From Nitrosomonas europaea (GTDB lineage Bacteria > Pseudomonadota > Gammaproteobacteria > Burkholderiales > Nitrosomonadaceae), in the NCBI RefSeq assembly GCF_900167395.1, contig NZ_FUWK01000004.1, positions 30,001-62,000 on the forward strand: a DNA stretch of 32,000 nt, read 5' to 3'. The notes under the pieces are model-generated. The model was given only the letters and a program-made list of their open reading frames with translations. It made no database searches and had not been told where the DNA came from. Numbering within the stretch: position 1 is the first letter of the stretch; each line of letters starts with the position of its first letter. Position numbers and translations under genes: made by a program. Below, piece by piece: positions 19,062-26,233 of this stretch.

Positions 19062-19348
19062 TTGTTGAGAACACCAAGTGTTTTACGCTGTACCTGAAAA
19101 GCAACCCGAAAAGTGATAGCGGCTGTAACGATACCAAGGCACTGACCAAGGCCAGCAAGGTTAGCAAGATTCGCAACGGAAGATGGCAACCCGAAGTATT
19201 GAGTTTGCATGTAAGTCAGTGCAGCACCTACGCTGACCGTGAGGCCCGCATAGCTGATAACCCCGATACCCAGCGATGTAAGTACACGTACAGCAAGCGG
19301 CCCGGCAGCAGCTTCGAGAAATGCGCCCAGCGGGATAAGTATGTTCAT
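19058..19348 (-). CDS. pVI-like minor virion protein (DUF2523-like)
   Basis: 96-aa polytopic hydrophobic protein directly upstream of zot, the conserved inovirus position. Confidence 0.65.
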   Translation of the reverse strand: MNILIPLGAFLEAAAGPLAVRVLTSLGIGVISYAGLTVSVGAALTYMQTQYFGLPSSVANLANLAGLGQCLGIVTAAITFRVAFQVQRKTLGVLNK

Positions 19349-19405
19349 GTTGTTAATCTCATCAAAATATTAAAAGCATGTTCTTCTGCTAGTCGTAAGT
19401 GGTAG

Positions 19406-20731
19406 TTAAGTGCCAGCGCGAGATATGCCGGCAACAATAAACATCGCGGCAACAGATGCAAAAAGCACAAAGATCGGCCGCAACTGCACAGCTGTATCAC
19501 AGGCTGGTTGCCAACTGACAGGAAAAGTCACGCCCTGAACGGTAAGTATTTCATCCGGCGGACATGTCCCCTCCCCCCAGGATTCCGGAGTCTGCAAATT
19601 AAACTCTGGTTGTTCTTCTTCAAGTTGAGCTGGCGGAACATCATCAAACGATACGGTAGTTTCATCGGTGCCAGTTTTGGGCGGCGAGTTATCAGAGGTT
19701 GAAGTCTGAGTGTTGGTGATTTCGTTGTTTTCGTTGTAAGTCGTGATCGTGGTAACTTCGGTCACGTTATAAGTAACGTTATTGGTTGTGCTGGTATCTT
19801 CGACCTTGACAGATGTGGTTGCAACTTGTGTGCCGGTGATGTTGCCCTGGGCATCTTTGGTTTGTGTGGATGTCTGGGCAATCTGCTGGATTACGGGGGC
19901 AGATTGGGTTGAGGCCAAAACCGGGACGGGGGCATCAGAGTTATAGAGGGCTTCGGCGGTTTGTTGGGGTTGGGCATTGAGCTTGGTTTCAGCGTCTGTC
20001 CAGTGCGTTTCAGTAACAGGCACGGGGGCATTGTTGTGTACGCACTCGTTGCCAACTTTGGTATATCCAGTAAAGCAATTTCCACTGTTGACTTTGACGA
20101 TTGAGTAATTAGGGGGCGCTGTTTCTGTTGGCGGATTGTTAGTCTTGTCGGAGTAGATGCAATAAGAGGTACCGCCAGAGACTTCTACACGTAAGAACGT
20201 CAGATTATTCGGGGCGAAATGGACTGCCGCGCGGTAATCAAAACTTTTACAAAGAAGGTCTGCTGTAACGTGAGTCAAGCTAACATAAAACGGATGACGC
20301 CAGTAACCCGTTTCGGTGGTTACTGGGTAACCAGCCGGCATATCAGGGGCATATTCAATCTCACCCGATTGGGAATTTCGGCAGATATCAGTAAGGTCAC
20401 AAACGGTATCATAGAGAGCAATTGCGGTACCAATTGCCGGTAGAGTTTTTAGAAACCGGGTTGCGGCTTTTCCGACTTTTGAGGGTTCAACCGGAAAGGT
20501 TTTTTCAACCGGGACGAGAAATTGACCTTTTGAGGTGTTGACGGGGATATCTTTGGATATGCCGGCATTGGGATATGCGAGCGAGGTTCCACCGCCGGGG
20601 CGTTGTATATGTACCTCACCATCAATGACTTTAACGTTCGGATACGGATCGTGAAATTCGTAGGCGGAGACGACGGGAACGTAGAAAACGCCGAGTATGG
20701 CGCAGACGATCAGCTTCCGAACAGTATCCAT
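19406..20731 (-). CDS. pIII-like receptor-binding/adsorption protein
   Basis: Signal peptide, an N-terminal Cys-containing domain, a long Thr/Asn/Gln-rich low-complexity linker and a C-terminal TM anchor (IFVLFASVAAMFIVAGI). Its position is between the coat genes and the pVI-like gene. Confidence 0.7.
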   Translation of the reverse strand: MDTVRKLIVCAILGVFYVPVVSAYEFHDPYPNVKVIDGEVHIQRPGGGTSLAYPNAGISKDIPVNTSKGQFLVPVEKTFPVEPSKVGKAATRFLKTLPAIGTAIALYDTVCDLTDICRNSQSGEIEYAPDMPAGYPVTTETGYWRHPFYVSLTHVTADLLCKSFDYRAAVHFAPNNLTFLRVEVSGGTSYCIYSDKTNNPPTETAPPNYSIVKVNSGNCFTGYTKVGNECVHNNAPVPVTETHWTDAETKLNAQPQQTAEALYNSDAPVPVLASTQSAPVIQQIAQTSTQTKDAQGNITGTQVATTSVKVEDTSTTNNVTYNVTEVTTITTYNENNEITNTQTSTSDNSPPKTGTDETTVSFDDVPPAQLEEEQPEFNLQTPESWGEGTCPPDEILTVQGVTFPVSWQPACDTAVQLRPIFVLFASVAAMFIVAGISRAGT

Positions 20732-20784
20732 GTCGATCCCAATATAGCGAGCAAAACATAAAGAGCGTTTGGATCATCAAACAT
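20710..20784 (-). CDS. Candidate 24-aa hydrophobic peptide (g7/g9-like small coat protein)
   Basis: An AGGAG SD lies 6 nt before the ATG at 20784, which is 2 nt after the upstream stop. The peptide is MFDDPNALYVLLAILGSTWILFGS. It overlaps the start of the pIII-like gene and is below the ORF-track length cut-off. Confidence 0.3.
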   Translation of the reverse strand: MFDDPNALYVLLAILGSTWILFGS

Positions 20785-20786
20785 AA

Positions 20787-21101
20787 TCAACTCCTGATAA
20801 CTTCAGCGACTTTTTTAGCCATGTAAGCAACAACCCAAGCGCCCGCGATAAGCCAGGCTGCATCAATAGCATCATGCATTTGTGCGTTAGGGTCACAAGC
20901 GATCTGTTGCGGTATGTAATCAGTGCTTACTGGTACGGGTATTAAGCCAGTATTCGTACGTGTGATAACGATCTTGTCGGTAGACGGGACACACCGGATT
21001 GTGTATGCCCCGTCCGGGGAAACAGTCGGGCAATTACCGGCAATCTCTTGATGGAGGTCAAGAGTTGTGGAATAGCATTTGCCTTGGTAGTAATTGCCCA
21101 T
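20787..21101 (-). CDS. Hypothetical minor virion protein
   Basis: 104 aa with a C-terminal TM plus basic tail (AAWLIAGAWVVAYMAKKV). It lies between the major coat and pIII-like genes. Confidence 0.5.
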   Translation of the reverse strand: MGNYYQGKCYSTTLDLHQEIAGNCPTVSPDGAYTIRCVPSTDKIVITRTNTGLIPVPVSTDYIPQQIACDPNAQMHDAIDAAWLIAGAWVVAYMAKKVAEVIRS

Positions 21102-21113
21102 TTGATCAGCCTC

Positions 21114-21317
21114 TTAGAATACTCTGGTGATCCATTTCCAAACTTTGATGCCAACAACGATGGTAATTACCAAAGCGCCAGCAGCAGCAATATCAGCTTT
21201 AGCCGCTGTAATAGCCGTTGTCACATCTTCGGGCAAATCGGCACGTGCAGATGCGGCGAAAAGTACCAGCGGGGATGCGTAAGCAGCATTGGTCAGGCGC
21301 TGTTTAAAGTTTTTCAT
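21114..21317 (-). CDS. Inovirus major coat protein (pVIII-like)
   Basis: Signal peptide ...FAASARA. The mature ~41-aa protein has an acidic N-terminus (DLPED), a hydrophobic core and a basic C-terminus (KVWKWITRVF). A GGAG SD is present. Confidence 0.8.
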   Translation of the reverse strand: MKNFKQRLTNAAYASPLVLFAASARADLPEDVTTAITAAKADIAAAGALVITIVVGIKVWKWITRVF

Positions 21318-21396
21318 TTGTTACTCCTATTTAAAGTTAAAGAAAGGCGGCATGCGTAATACACACCCCCCAACCCCGCAGGCTGGGGGCTGGGTA

Positions 21397-21702
21397 CTAC
21401 CGGGCAGGAGATGCAGCAGCCGGGACGGGTCGAAGAGCATTGATCACCGTCTTGGGGCCTTTATTGCTGGATAAGGTCAGAAACTCGACTTCGCAAACCA
21501 GTGGGAAATCGTGATTCATTAAGGCTTTGGCTTCTTTGGATGATGCGAGCGGATAAGCTGTAGTCGAAGACCCTTTGGCAGTGCCTTTTCTGAAATCAAG
21601 CAGATGTTCGATAAACACCTTGCCTGAATCAATATGTTTTCCATCATCAAGGGTTCCGTCAAAAAACGTGATTCCGGTCACTTTTACTTTTTCAATTGCC
21701 AT
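21397..21702 (-). CDS. Putative ssDNA-binding protein (pV-like), assigned by position only
   Basis: 101-aa soluble ORF between Rep and the coat gene, the usual pV slot. I recognised no diagnostic motif. Confidence 0.45.
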   Translation of the reverse strand: MAIEKVKVTGITFFDGTLDDGKHIDSGKVFIEHLLDFRKGTAKGSSTTAYPLASSKEAKALMNHDFPLVCEVEFLTLSSNKGPKTVINALRPVPAAASPAR

Positions 21703-21766
21703 TTGTTTTTCCTTACGCCTGTTGAATGCCTGTTCCGGATGTGGCGGATAAACCCGGGGCAGAAAA

Positions 21767-22774
21767 TTAACCGTAGTTCTGGATGTACCAGTCGGGAGCC
21801 GTGAGTGGCTTGAGTTCTACAACGCGAACCCTTGAGGGAAGATGGTGAACGTTGTTCGGGATGGAGATATCAACGCCGTAGGCGAGTAATTCAGTGCGGT
21901 GACGATAGCGAGTAGCCCTACTGATATCTAACGGAAGCCCTAATTTCCAACTGGCATAAGTCGATCGAAGATGCTTCGGAAGATCGTTAAAGTTTTCGTA
22001 TTTCATGTCCTCTAACCTCTGAAGTTGTGTGCGGTCGGCGTATATCTGATTGAGATTGTCTTGTGTGATTGCGCCTAGATAAGCAAGGTTGTTTTGTAAA
22101 AGGAAGCGGGATTTAAGGGTGAATTCTTCCCGAAGAATGCCTTCGGTTTTGCAGTAGTCGATGACGTCATCAGAGACGTGTGAGCCGGATTTCTTGGAAC
22201 GATGCTTTTCCAGTTCTTGATATTTGGCGTAGAGCTTGCCGTAGACGTATTTAGACCCCCTGCCGTATTCAACCGTCCCGGAATCAGGAGACAGTGAACC
22301 TTTTTGACGGCCAACATGCTGGCCTGCCATGTGGCAAAGGACGGCATGCATGGATTCTTTGGAGCCAGTGCTGTAATTACAGGTCAGATCGATGCGGGAG
22401 ACACGAGCGCCTGACCATGACCAGCCGGTATCAGCGAATTTATAGAGCTTGCCGGATGTGAACGGCGGCAGACCCAGAAGCGACAGCAGATCGTTAATGC
22501 GGGCAATCGTTGTCGGCCAATCATATCCAAAAAGATTGTCACGACGGCCATAGCGGGAAATGTTACCGGTGAATTCAACCGTATTGCCATCGCAGCGAAC
22601 CTGAACGCGGGAATCATACGAACCTTCAATGATGCAGCGCACATCGGTTGAATATTCGATCTCACCATCCGCATCAACTTTGAGAACTTTTCCATCATTC
22701 AGAACCGGCAGACCCCCGCCAAAATACTCCTGACGGATGGTCACGTAGTCGATGAAAACCGGGGAAGTTTCCAT
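21767..22774 (-). CDS. Rolling-circle replication initiator (gene II/X, RstA-like, Rep_trans family)
   Basis: The IDYVTIRQ N-terminal motif, the size and a KLYAKYQE motif resemble Rep_trans proteins of CTX/Cf-type inoviruses. The ATG at 22774 lies 2 nt after the upstream stop; the track start at 22789 is a TTG. Confidence 0.7.
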   Translation of the reverse strand: METSPVFIDYVTIRQEYFGGGLPVLNDGKVLKVDADGEIEYSTDVRCIIEGSYDSRVQVRCDGNTVEFTGNISRYGRRDNLFGYDWPTTIARINDLLSLLGLPPFTSGKLYKFADTGWSWSGARVSRIDLTCNYSTGSKESMHAVLCHMAGQHVGRQKGSLSPDSGTVEYGRGSKYVYGKLYAKYQELEKHRSKKSGSHVSDDVIDYCKTEGILREEFTLKSRFLLQNNLAYLGAITQDNLNQIYADRTQLQRLEDMKYENFNDLPKHLRSTYASWKLGLPLDISRATRYRHRTELLAYGVDISIPNNVHHLPSRVRVVELKPLTAPDWYIQNYG

Positions 22775-22776
22775 GG

Positions 22777-23115
22777 CTAAAATGAGCAAAAAGTCTCACC
22801 GGTGAGACTAACTTTACGTGTTACTGGCACGTAAAGTATTTTTTGCCCTTCGCTTCCCCTTCCCTCACTCCTCGCTGGCGCTCGTCGTTCGGTCTGGTTG
22901 CGCTCGGTTTGATAGTAGAAATCGAGAACGGTTAGAAGGTTGAAAATCTGGCCGGGTGGCAGCGAACTGGTGTCGTCGAGTGCGGAGAGATAGCAGCGGG
23001 CGGCGAAGTGGTTGCCGGGTTTGGTGATATTGCGGAGTAGAAAGCCAAAAATACTGTACTGCAATGACAATTGATTAAGTGCCGGATATGGCGTAATACC
23101 TGATTCTGTAAGCAT
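22777..23115 (-). CDS. Hypothetical protein (112 aa), first gene of the leftward operon
   Basis: Strong GGAGG SD 5 nt before the ATG at 23115, and the stop is coupled to the rep ATG. Its 3' part is encoded by the two palindromes, so the true extent is uncertain. Confidence 0.4.
   Translation of the reverse strand: MLTESGITPYPALNQLSLQYSIFGFLLRNITKPGNHFAARCYLSALDDTSSLPPGQIFNLLTVLDFYYQTERNQTERRAPARSEGRGSEGQKILYVPVTRKVSLTGETFCSF
22792..22837. repeat. Perfect 18-nt palindrome plus the conserved 10-bp-stem hairpin, immediately upstream of rep
   Basis: AGTCTCACCGGTGAGACT (22792-22809) is followed by ACTTTACGTG-TTACTGG-CACGTAAAGT (22811-22837). The latter is the same hairpin as at 16915-16941. Confidence 0.8.
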
Positions 23116-23141
23116 TTTTCCTCCACATTGAATGACCCTGT

Positions 23142-23170
23142 TTGACTTGTGGAATTAAGAACCCTAGAAT
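23142..23170 (+). promoter_or_regulatory. Sigma70-like promoter for the repressor gene
   Basis: TTGACT, a 17-nt spacer, then TAGAAT. It overlaps face-to-face with a leftward TTGATG-16 nt-TATTCT candidate (23193-23166). Confidence 0.45.
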
Positions 23171-23243
23171 ATTGGGGTAATTTCACGCATCAAATTTAAT
23201 GCAGATATTAAGCGCATCAAAACCAATGCGTCAAGGAGAAAAA

Positions 23244-23621
23244 ATGAACGAACTTAAAAAATATATAGAAACCGGAACAGAAAAGGCCGGAACACAGAAA
23301 GAACTAGCAAAAATTATAGGAATCGCTGACGCAAACTTGAGAACAGCTAAATCAGGAATCAGAGGATTACCAATTGAGGTTTGTATACAGCTAGCAAATT
23401 ACCTCAAAGAAGACGAATTGAAAGTAATACTGGCAAGCGAAATGGTCACTGCAAAAGATGAGAAGAAGAGAAAAATATTAGAAAGCTGCATGCAAAAGTC
23501 AAAAGAAAGAATAAGCGCAATGATTGTAGGCGGCTTAGTTATTTCAATGCTAACCCTCTCCCCGCTTGAGTCTGCAGAAGCAAAAGTCGTTGAAAATCAG
23601 GATTCTATGTATATTATGTAA
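23244..23621 (+). CDS. XRE/Cro-C1-type HTH repressor candidate with a hydrophobic C-terminal segment
   Basis: An AAGGAG SD lies before the ATG at 23244. HTH TQKELAKIIGIADANLRTAKSG. It is divergent from the rep operon and visibly AT-rich. The stop codon lies inside the dif-like site. Confidence 0.65.
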   Translation: MNELKKYIETGTEKAGTQKELAKIIGIADANLRTAKSGIRGLPIEVCIQLANYLKEDELKVILASEMVTAKDEKKRKILESCMQKSKERISAMIVGGLVISMLTLSPLESAEAKVVENQDSMYIM

Positions 23622-23624
23622 AAT
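23597..23624 (+). other. dif-like hybrid recombination site 3 (putative attR): degenerate XerC arm, intact core, near-perfect XerD arm
   Basis: TCAGGATTCTA-TGTATA-TTATGTAAAAT. The XerD arm matches site 2 at 10 of 11 positions; the XerC arm matches at 2 of 11. Confidence 0.6.
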
Positions 23625-23712
23625 TAATTGCAAGAAATGCTATAGACGCTATAGAAAGAGGAAGGCAGATTATCTTTCTGATCTGCTTTACAGATTATTG
23701 CTGGCCCTTTTC
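23625..23712 (+). repeat. dif-flank module, copy at site 3 (homologous to 17231-17314)
   Basis: Same ordered blocks as copy 2, including the identical AGGAAGGCAGATTA at 23659-23672. Confidence 0.65.
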
Positions 23713-23816
23713 AAATCACTTGAATCAGAACTGCGTGGATATTATTGTCTGTTGCATGGCCTTTGTGGCATTCTGCTTATATCAAATGAAACGGGGGAAA
23801 ATTCGAGGAGTTGACA

Positions 23817-24308
23817 ATGAACTATTATACTTTTCTGGAAAGTCCTGTGGATCGACTGTTACTCACGAGTGATGGTGAGTTTCTTACAGGCGTGTATATG
23901 GAAATAGAGATACAGAAACTGCTGCCTCGCATGACAGATGACTGGCGGCAGGATGCCGCCCCTTTCGCAGAGGCGATTGCTCAGTTGAATGCTTATTTCG
24001 CGGGGGAACTGATTCAGTTTGATCTGCCCATGAAAGCGACTGGCACACCATTTCAGGAAGCGGTTTGGCAATCACTTAGCACTATTCCCTATGGTGAGAC
24101 TGTCAGTTATAAAAATATCGCAGAACGCCTGCACTTACCCAAGGCCGCACGTGCAGTGGGTATGGCCAATGGTCAGAATCCCATTTCGATCATTATCCCC
24201 TGTCATCGTGTTATCGGTGCCAATGGCAAGCTGACAGGTTATGGGGGGGGAATTCATCGTAAACAGTGGCTGCTGGCACATGAAGACAAGCAAACTTCTT
24301 TTGCCTGA
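23817..24308 (+). CDS. ogt: Methylated-DNA--protein-cysteine methyltransferase
   Basis: PCHRVIG active site and a GAGGAG SD 6 nt before the ATG at 23817 (the track start is a TTG at 23811). Confidence 0.9.
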   Translation: MNYYTFLESPVDRLLLTSDGEFLTGVYMEIEIQKLLPRMTDDWRQDAAPFAEAIAQLNAYFAGELIQFDLPMKATGTPFQEAVWQSLSTIPYGETVSYKNIAERLHLPKAARAVGMANGQNPISIIIPCHRVIGANGKLTGYGGGIHRKQWLLAHEDKQTSFA

Positions 24309-24330
24309 CGCCACAGCTCAGTTGGTTCGG

Positions 24331-25104
24331 TTATTGCCTGTCCTCATAAACCTGTCTGACAATAGCTGCATACTGCGCAAGTGATAAATTCTCGGCTCGC
24401 AATCCGGAATCGATTTCCAGCCGTTCAAAATCATCGGCTGTCAGATAATGACGCAGTGTATTGCGCAACGTTTTACGCCGCTGGGAGAATGCAGCGCTTA
24501 CCAGCTCGGCAAACAGTCGTTCATGTTTCAATGGAATAGTCGGTTCTGCTTTTGGGCGCATGCATACAATGGCAGACTGAACTCGCGGAGGCGGGTCAAA
24601 CGATTCCGCTGGCACAACCAGCATTTGTTCCATTTCAAACCGGTTCTGCAACATGATTGACAAACGTCCGTAATCCGGTGTGGAGGGCAGTGCAACCATT
24701 CGTTCCACCACTTCGAGCTGCAGCATGAAGTACATATCAGTAATCAGGCTGCTGAAGCGGGAAAGATGAAACAGCAGTGGCGTGGAAATGTTGTAGGGCA
24801 GATTTCCGATGATCCGTAGCCCCTCCCCCAATTCTGAGAAATCAAATTTCAGCGCATCGATATTGTGTATAACCAGCTTACCGGGATAAGTACGGGACAG
24901 GTAATCGACGATATCACGATCTATTTCAATGACTTGAAGTTCATCCAGGACGTTCAGCAGAGGCTTGGTCAGCGCACCCAGCCCCGGCCCGATTTCGATC
25001 ATTCGATCGCCAGGTACCGGGTGAATGATATGAATGATTTCTGCGATGACAGAAGTATCAACCAGAAAATGCTGGCCGAAGCGTTTGCGGGGGGTATGCC
25101 GCAT
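24331..25104 (-). CDS. rsmA: 16S rRNA (adenine1518/1519-N6)-dimethyltransferase
   Basis: PRKRFGQHFLVD N-terminus, the SAM motif EIGPGLGALT and NLPYNIST. Confidence 0.95.
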   Translation of the reverse strand: MRHTPRKRFGQHFLVDTSVIAEIIHIIHPVPGDRMIEIGPGLGALTKPLLNVLDELQVIEIDRDIVDYLSRTYPGKLVIHNIDALKFDFSELGEGLRIIGNLPYNISTPLLFHLSRFSSLITDMYFMLQLEVVERMVALPSTPDYGRLSIMLQNRFEMEQMLVVPAESFDPPPRVQSAIVCMRPKAEPTIPLKHERLFAELVSAAFSQRRKTLRNTLRHYLTADDFERLEIDSGLRAENLSLAQYAAIVRQVYEDRQ

Positions 25105-25170
25105 ATCAGTTTACCGGATAGGTTTTGAGTGACTCGTCTGTCTGCTGGTCCAATTTCTTCAAATTTCCAG

Positions 25171-26181
25171 CTATGACAGATCGTTTCTGGCGCGGTGTGT
25201 TTTTTCGATGAGCATCAGTGCCGTTTCAATGGCGGTATTCATGCTGCCAGGATCAGCCTGCCCGGTTCCTGCCAGTTCCAGTGCCGTACCATGATCGACA
25301 GAAGTACGGATAATGGGCATTCCCAGACTGATATTCACACCATGGCCAAAGCTGGCGTGCTTGAGTACCGGCAATCCCTGATCATGGTACATGACAAAGA
25401 TACAATCGTATTCCTTGAGTTTGGGGGGATTGAACAAAGTATCCGCCGGTAACGGGCCGAGCAGATTCATCCCGTCATTACGCAGTTTTTCCAGTACCGG
25501 GATAATCACGTCGATTTCTTCCCGGCCGAGGTGCCCGGATTCTCCCGCATGGGGGTTCAGCCCTGCTACGGCAATACGTGGATTTTCAATGGCAAAACGT
25601 GTTACCAGATCGCGGTGAATGATGCGCAGTTTCTGTTCCAGCCGTTCCGGTGTAATAGCGGCAGGCACATCCTTGAGAGGCAGGTGGGTAGTGGCAAGTG
25701 TCACTCGCATCCCCCCCCCTGCCAGCATCATGACCGCGTGGCTGTTCGTCAGTTCGGACAGGTACTCGGTATGCCCGGAAAAAGGGATACCTGATTCACT
25801 GATAATGCCTTTATGTACGGGTGCCGTGACCATGGCATCGGCTTCATGAGTGGTGCAGGCTTCAACCGCAAGCCGCAGTGTCGTCAGTACATAGGCGGCA
25901 TTATTGACATCGAGCTGGCCTGCCACAACCGGATTGTTGACAGGTACATGCTGTACAGATAATTGACCGGCCCGGTGAGGCTGAACATTGTCAGGATCAT
26001 CCTCGTGCAGTTGCAAAGGTAGCCTCAGTTTTTCAGCGCGCTGATCGAGCACATCACGATCAGCAATGACAGTCAGTCGACAGGGCAAGTTTCGTTGTGC
26101 AATCTGCACACATAAATCGGGGCCGATACCGGCAGGCTCACCCGCAGTCAATACCAGTCTGGCTATGGAAGAAAGCGTCAT
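25171..26181 (-). CDS. pdxA: 4-hydroxythreonine-4-phosphate dehydrogenase
   Basis: GEPAGIGPDL, GHTEYL and the HGTA motif, with conserved position between surA and rsmA. Confidence 0.95.
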   Translation of the reverse strand: MTLSSIARLVLTAGEPAGIGPDLCVQIAQRNLPCRLTVIADRDVLDQRAEKLRLPLQLHEDDPDNVQPHRAGQLSVQHVPVNNPVVAGQLDVNNAAYVLTTLRLAVEACTTHEADAMVTAPVHKGIISESGIPFSGHTEYLSELTNSHAVMMLAGGGMRVTLATTHLPLKDVPAAITPERLEQKLRIIHRDLVTRFAIENPRIAVAGLNPHAGESGHLGREEIDVIIPVLEKLRNDGMNLLGPLPADTLFNPPKLKEYDCIFVMYHDQGLPVLKHASFGHGVNISLGMPIIRTSVDHGTALELAGTGQADPGSMNTAIETALMLIEKTHRARNDLS

Positions 26182-26233
26182 ATCGTCGATTCGGTCAATA
26201 TATTCGGCAGCTTATGAATGAAGTGCATCTGCA

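Larger units (their letters stand above)
17231..23596 (-). mobile_element. ~6.4 kb filamentous (Inovirus-type) prophage integrated at dif, with no integrase
   Basis: Canonical order on the minus strand: Rep, small ssDNA-binding candidate, major coat, minor coat, pIII-like, pVI-like (DUF2523), Zot/pI-like. It also has a divergent XRE repressor and is flanked by dif and a dif-like site. Confidence 0.8.

Noticed and set aside
23566-23814. 82-aa + strand ORF spanning dif-like site 3 and the flank module
   Set aside because: It has only a TTG start inside the repressor gene and no internal Met or SD. I interpret it as a decayed copy of the repressor-tail coding module, not a current gene.
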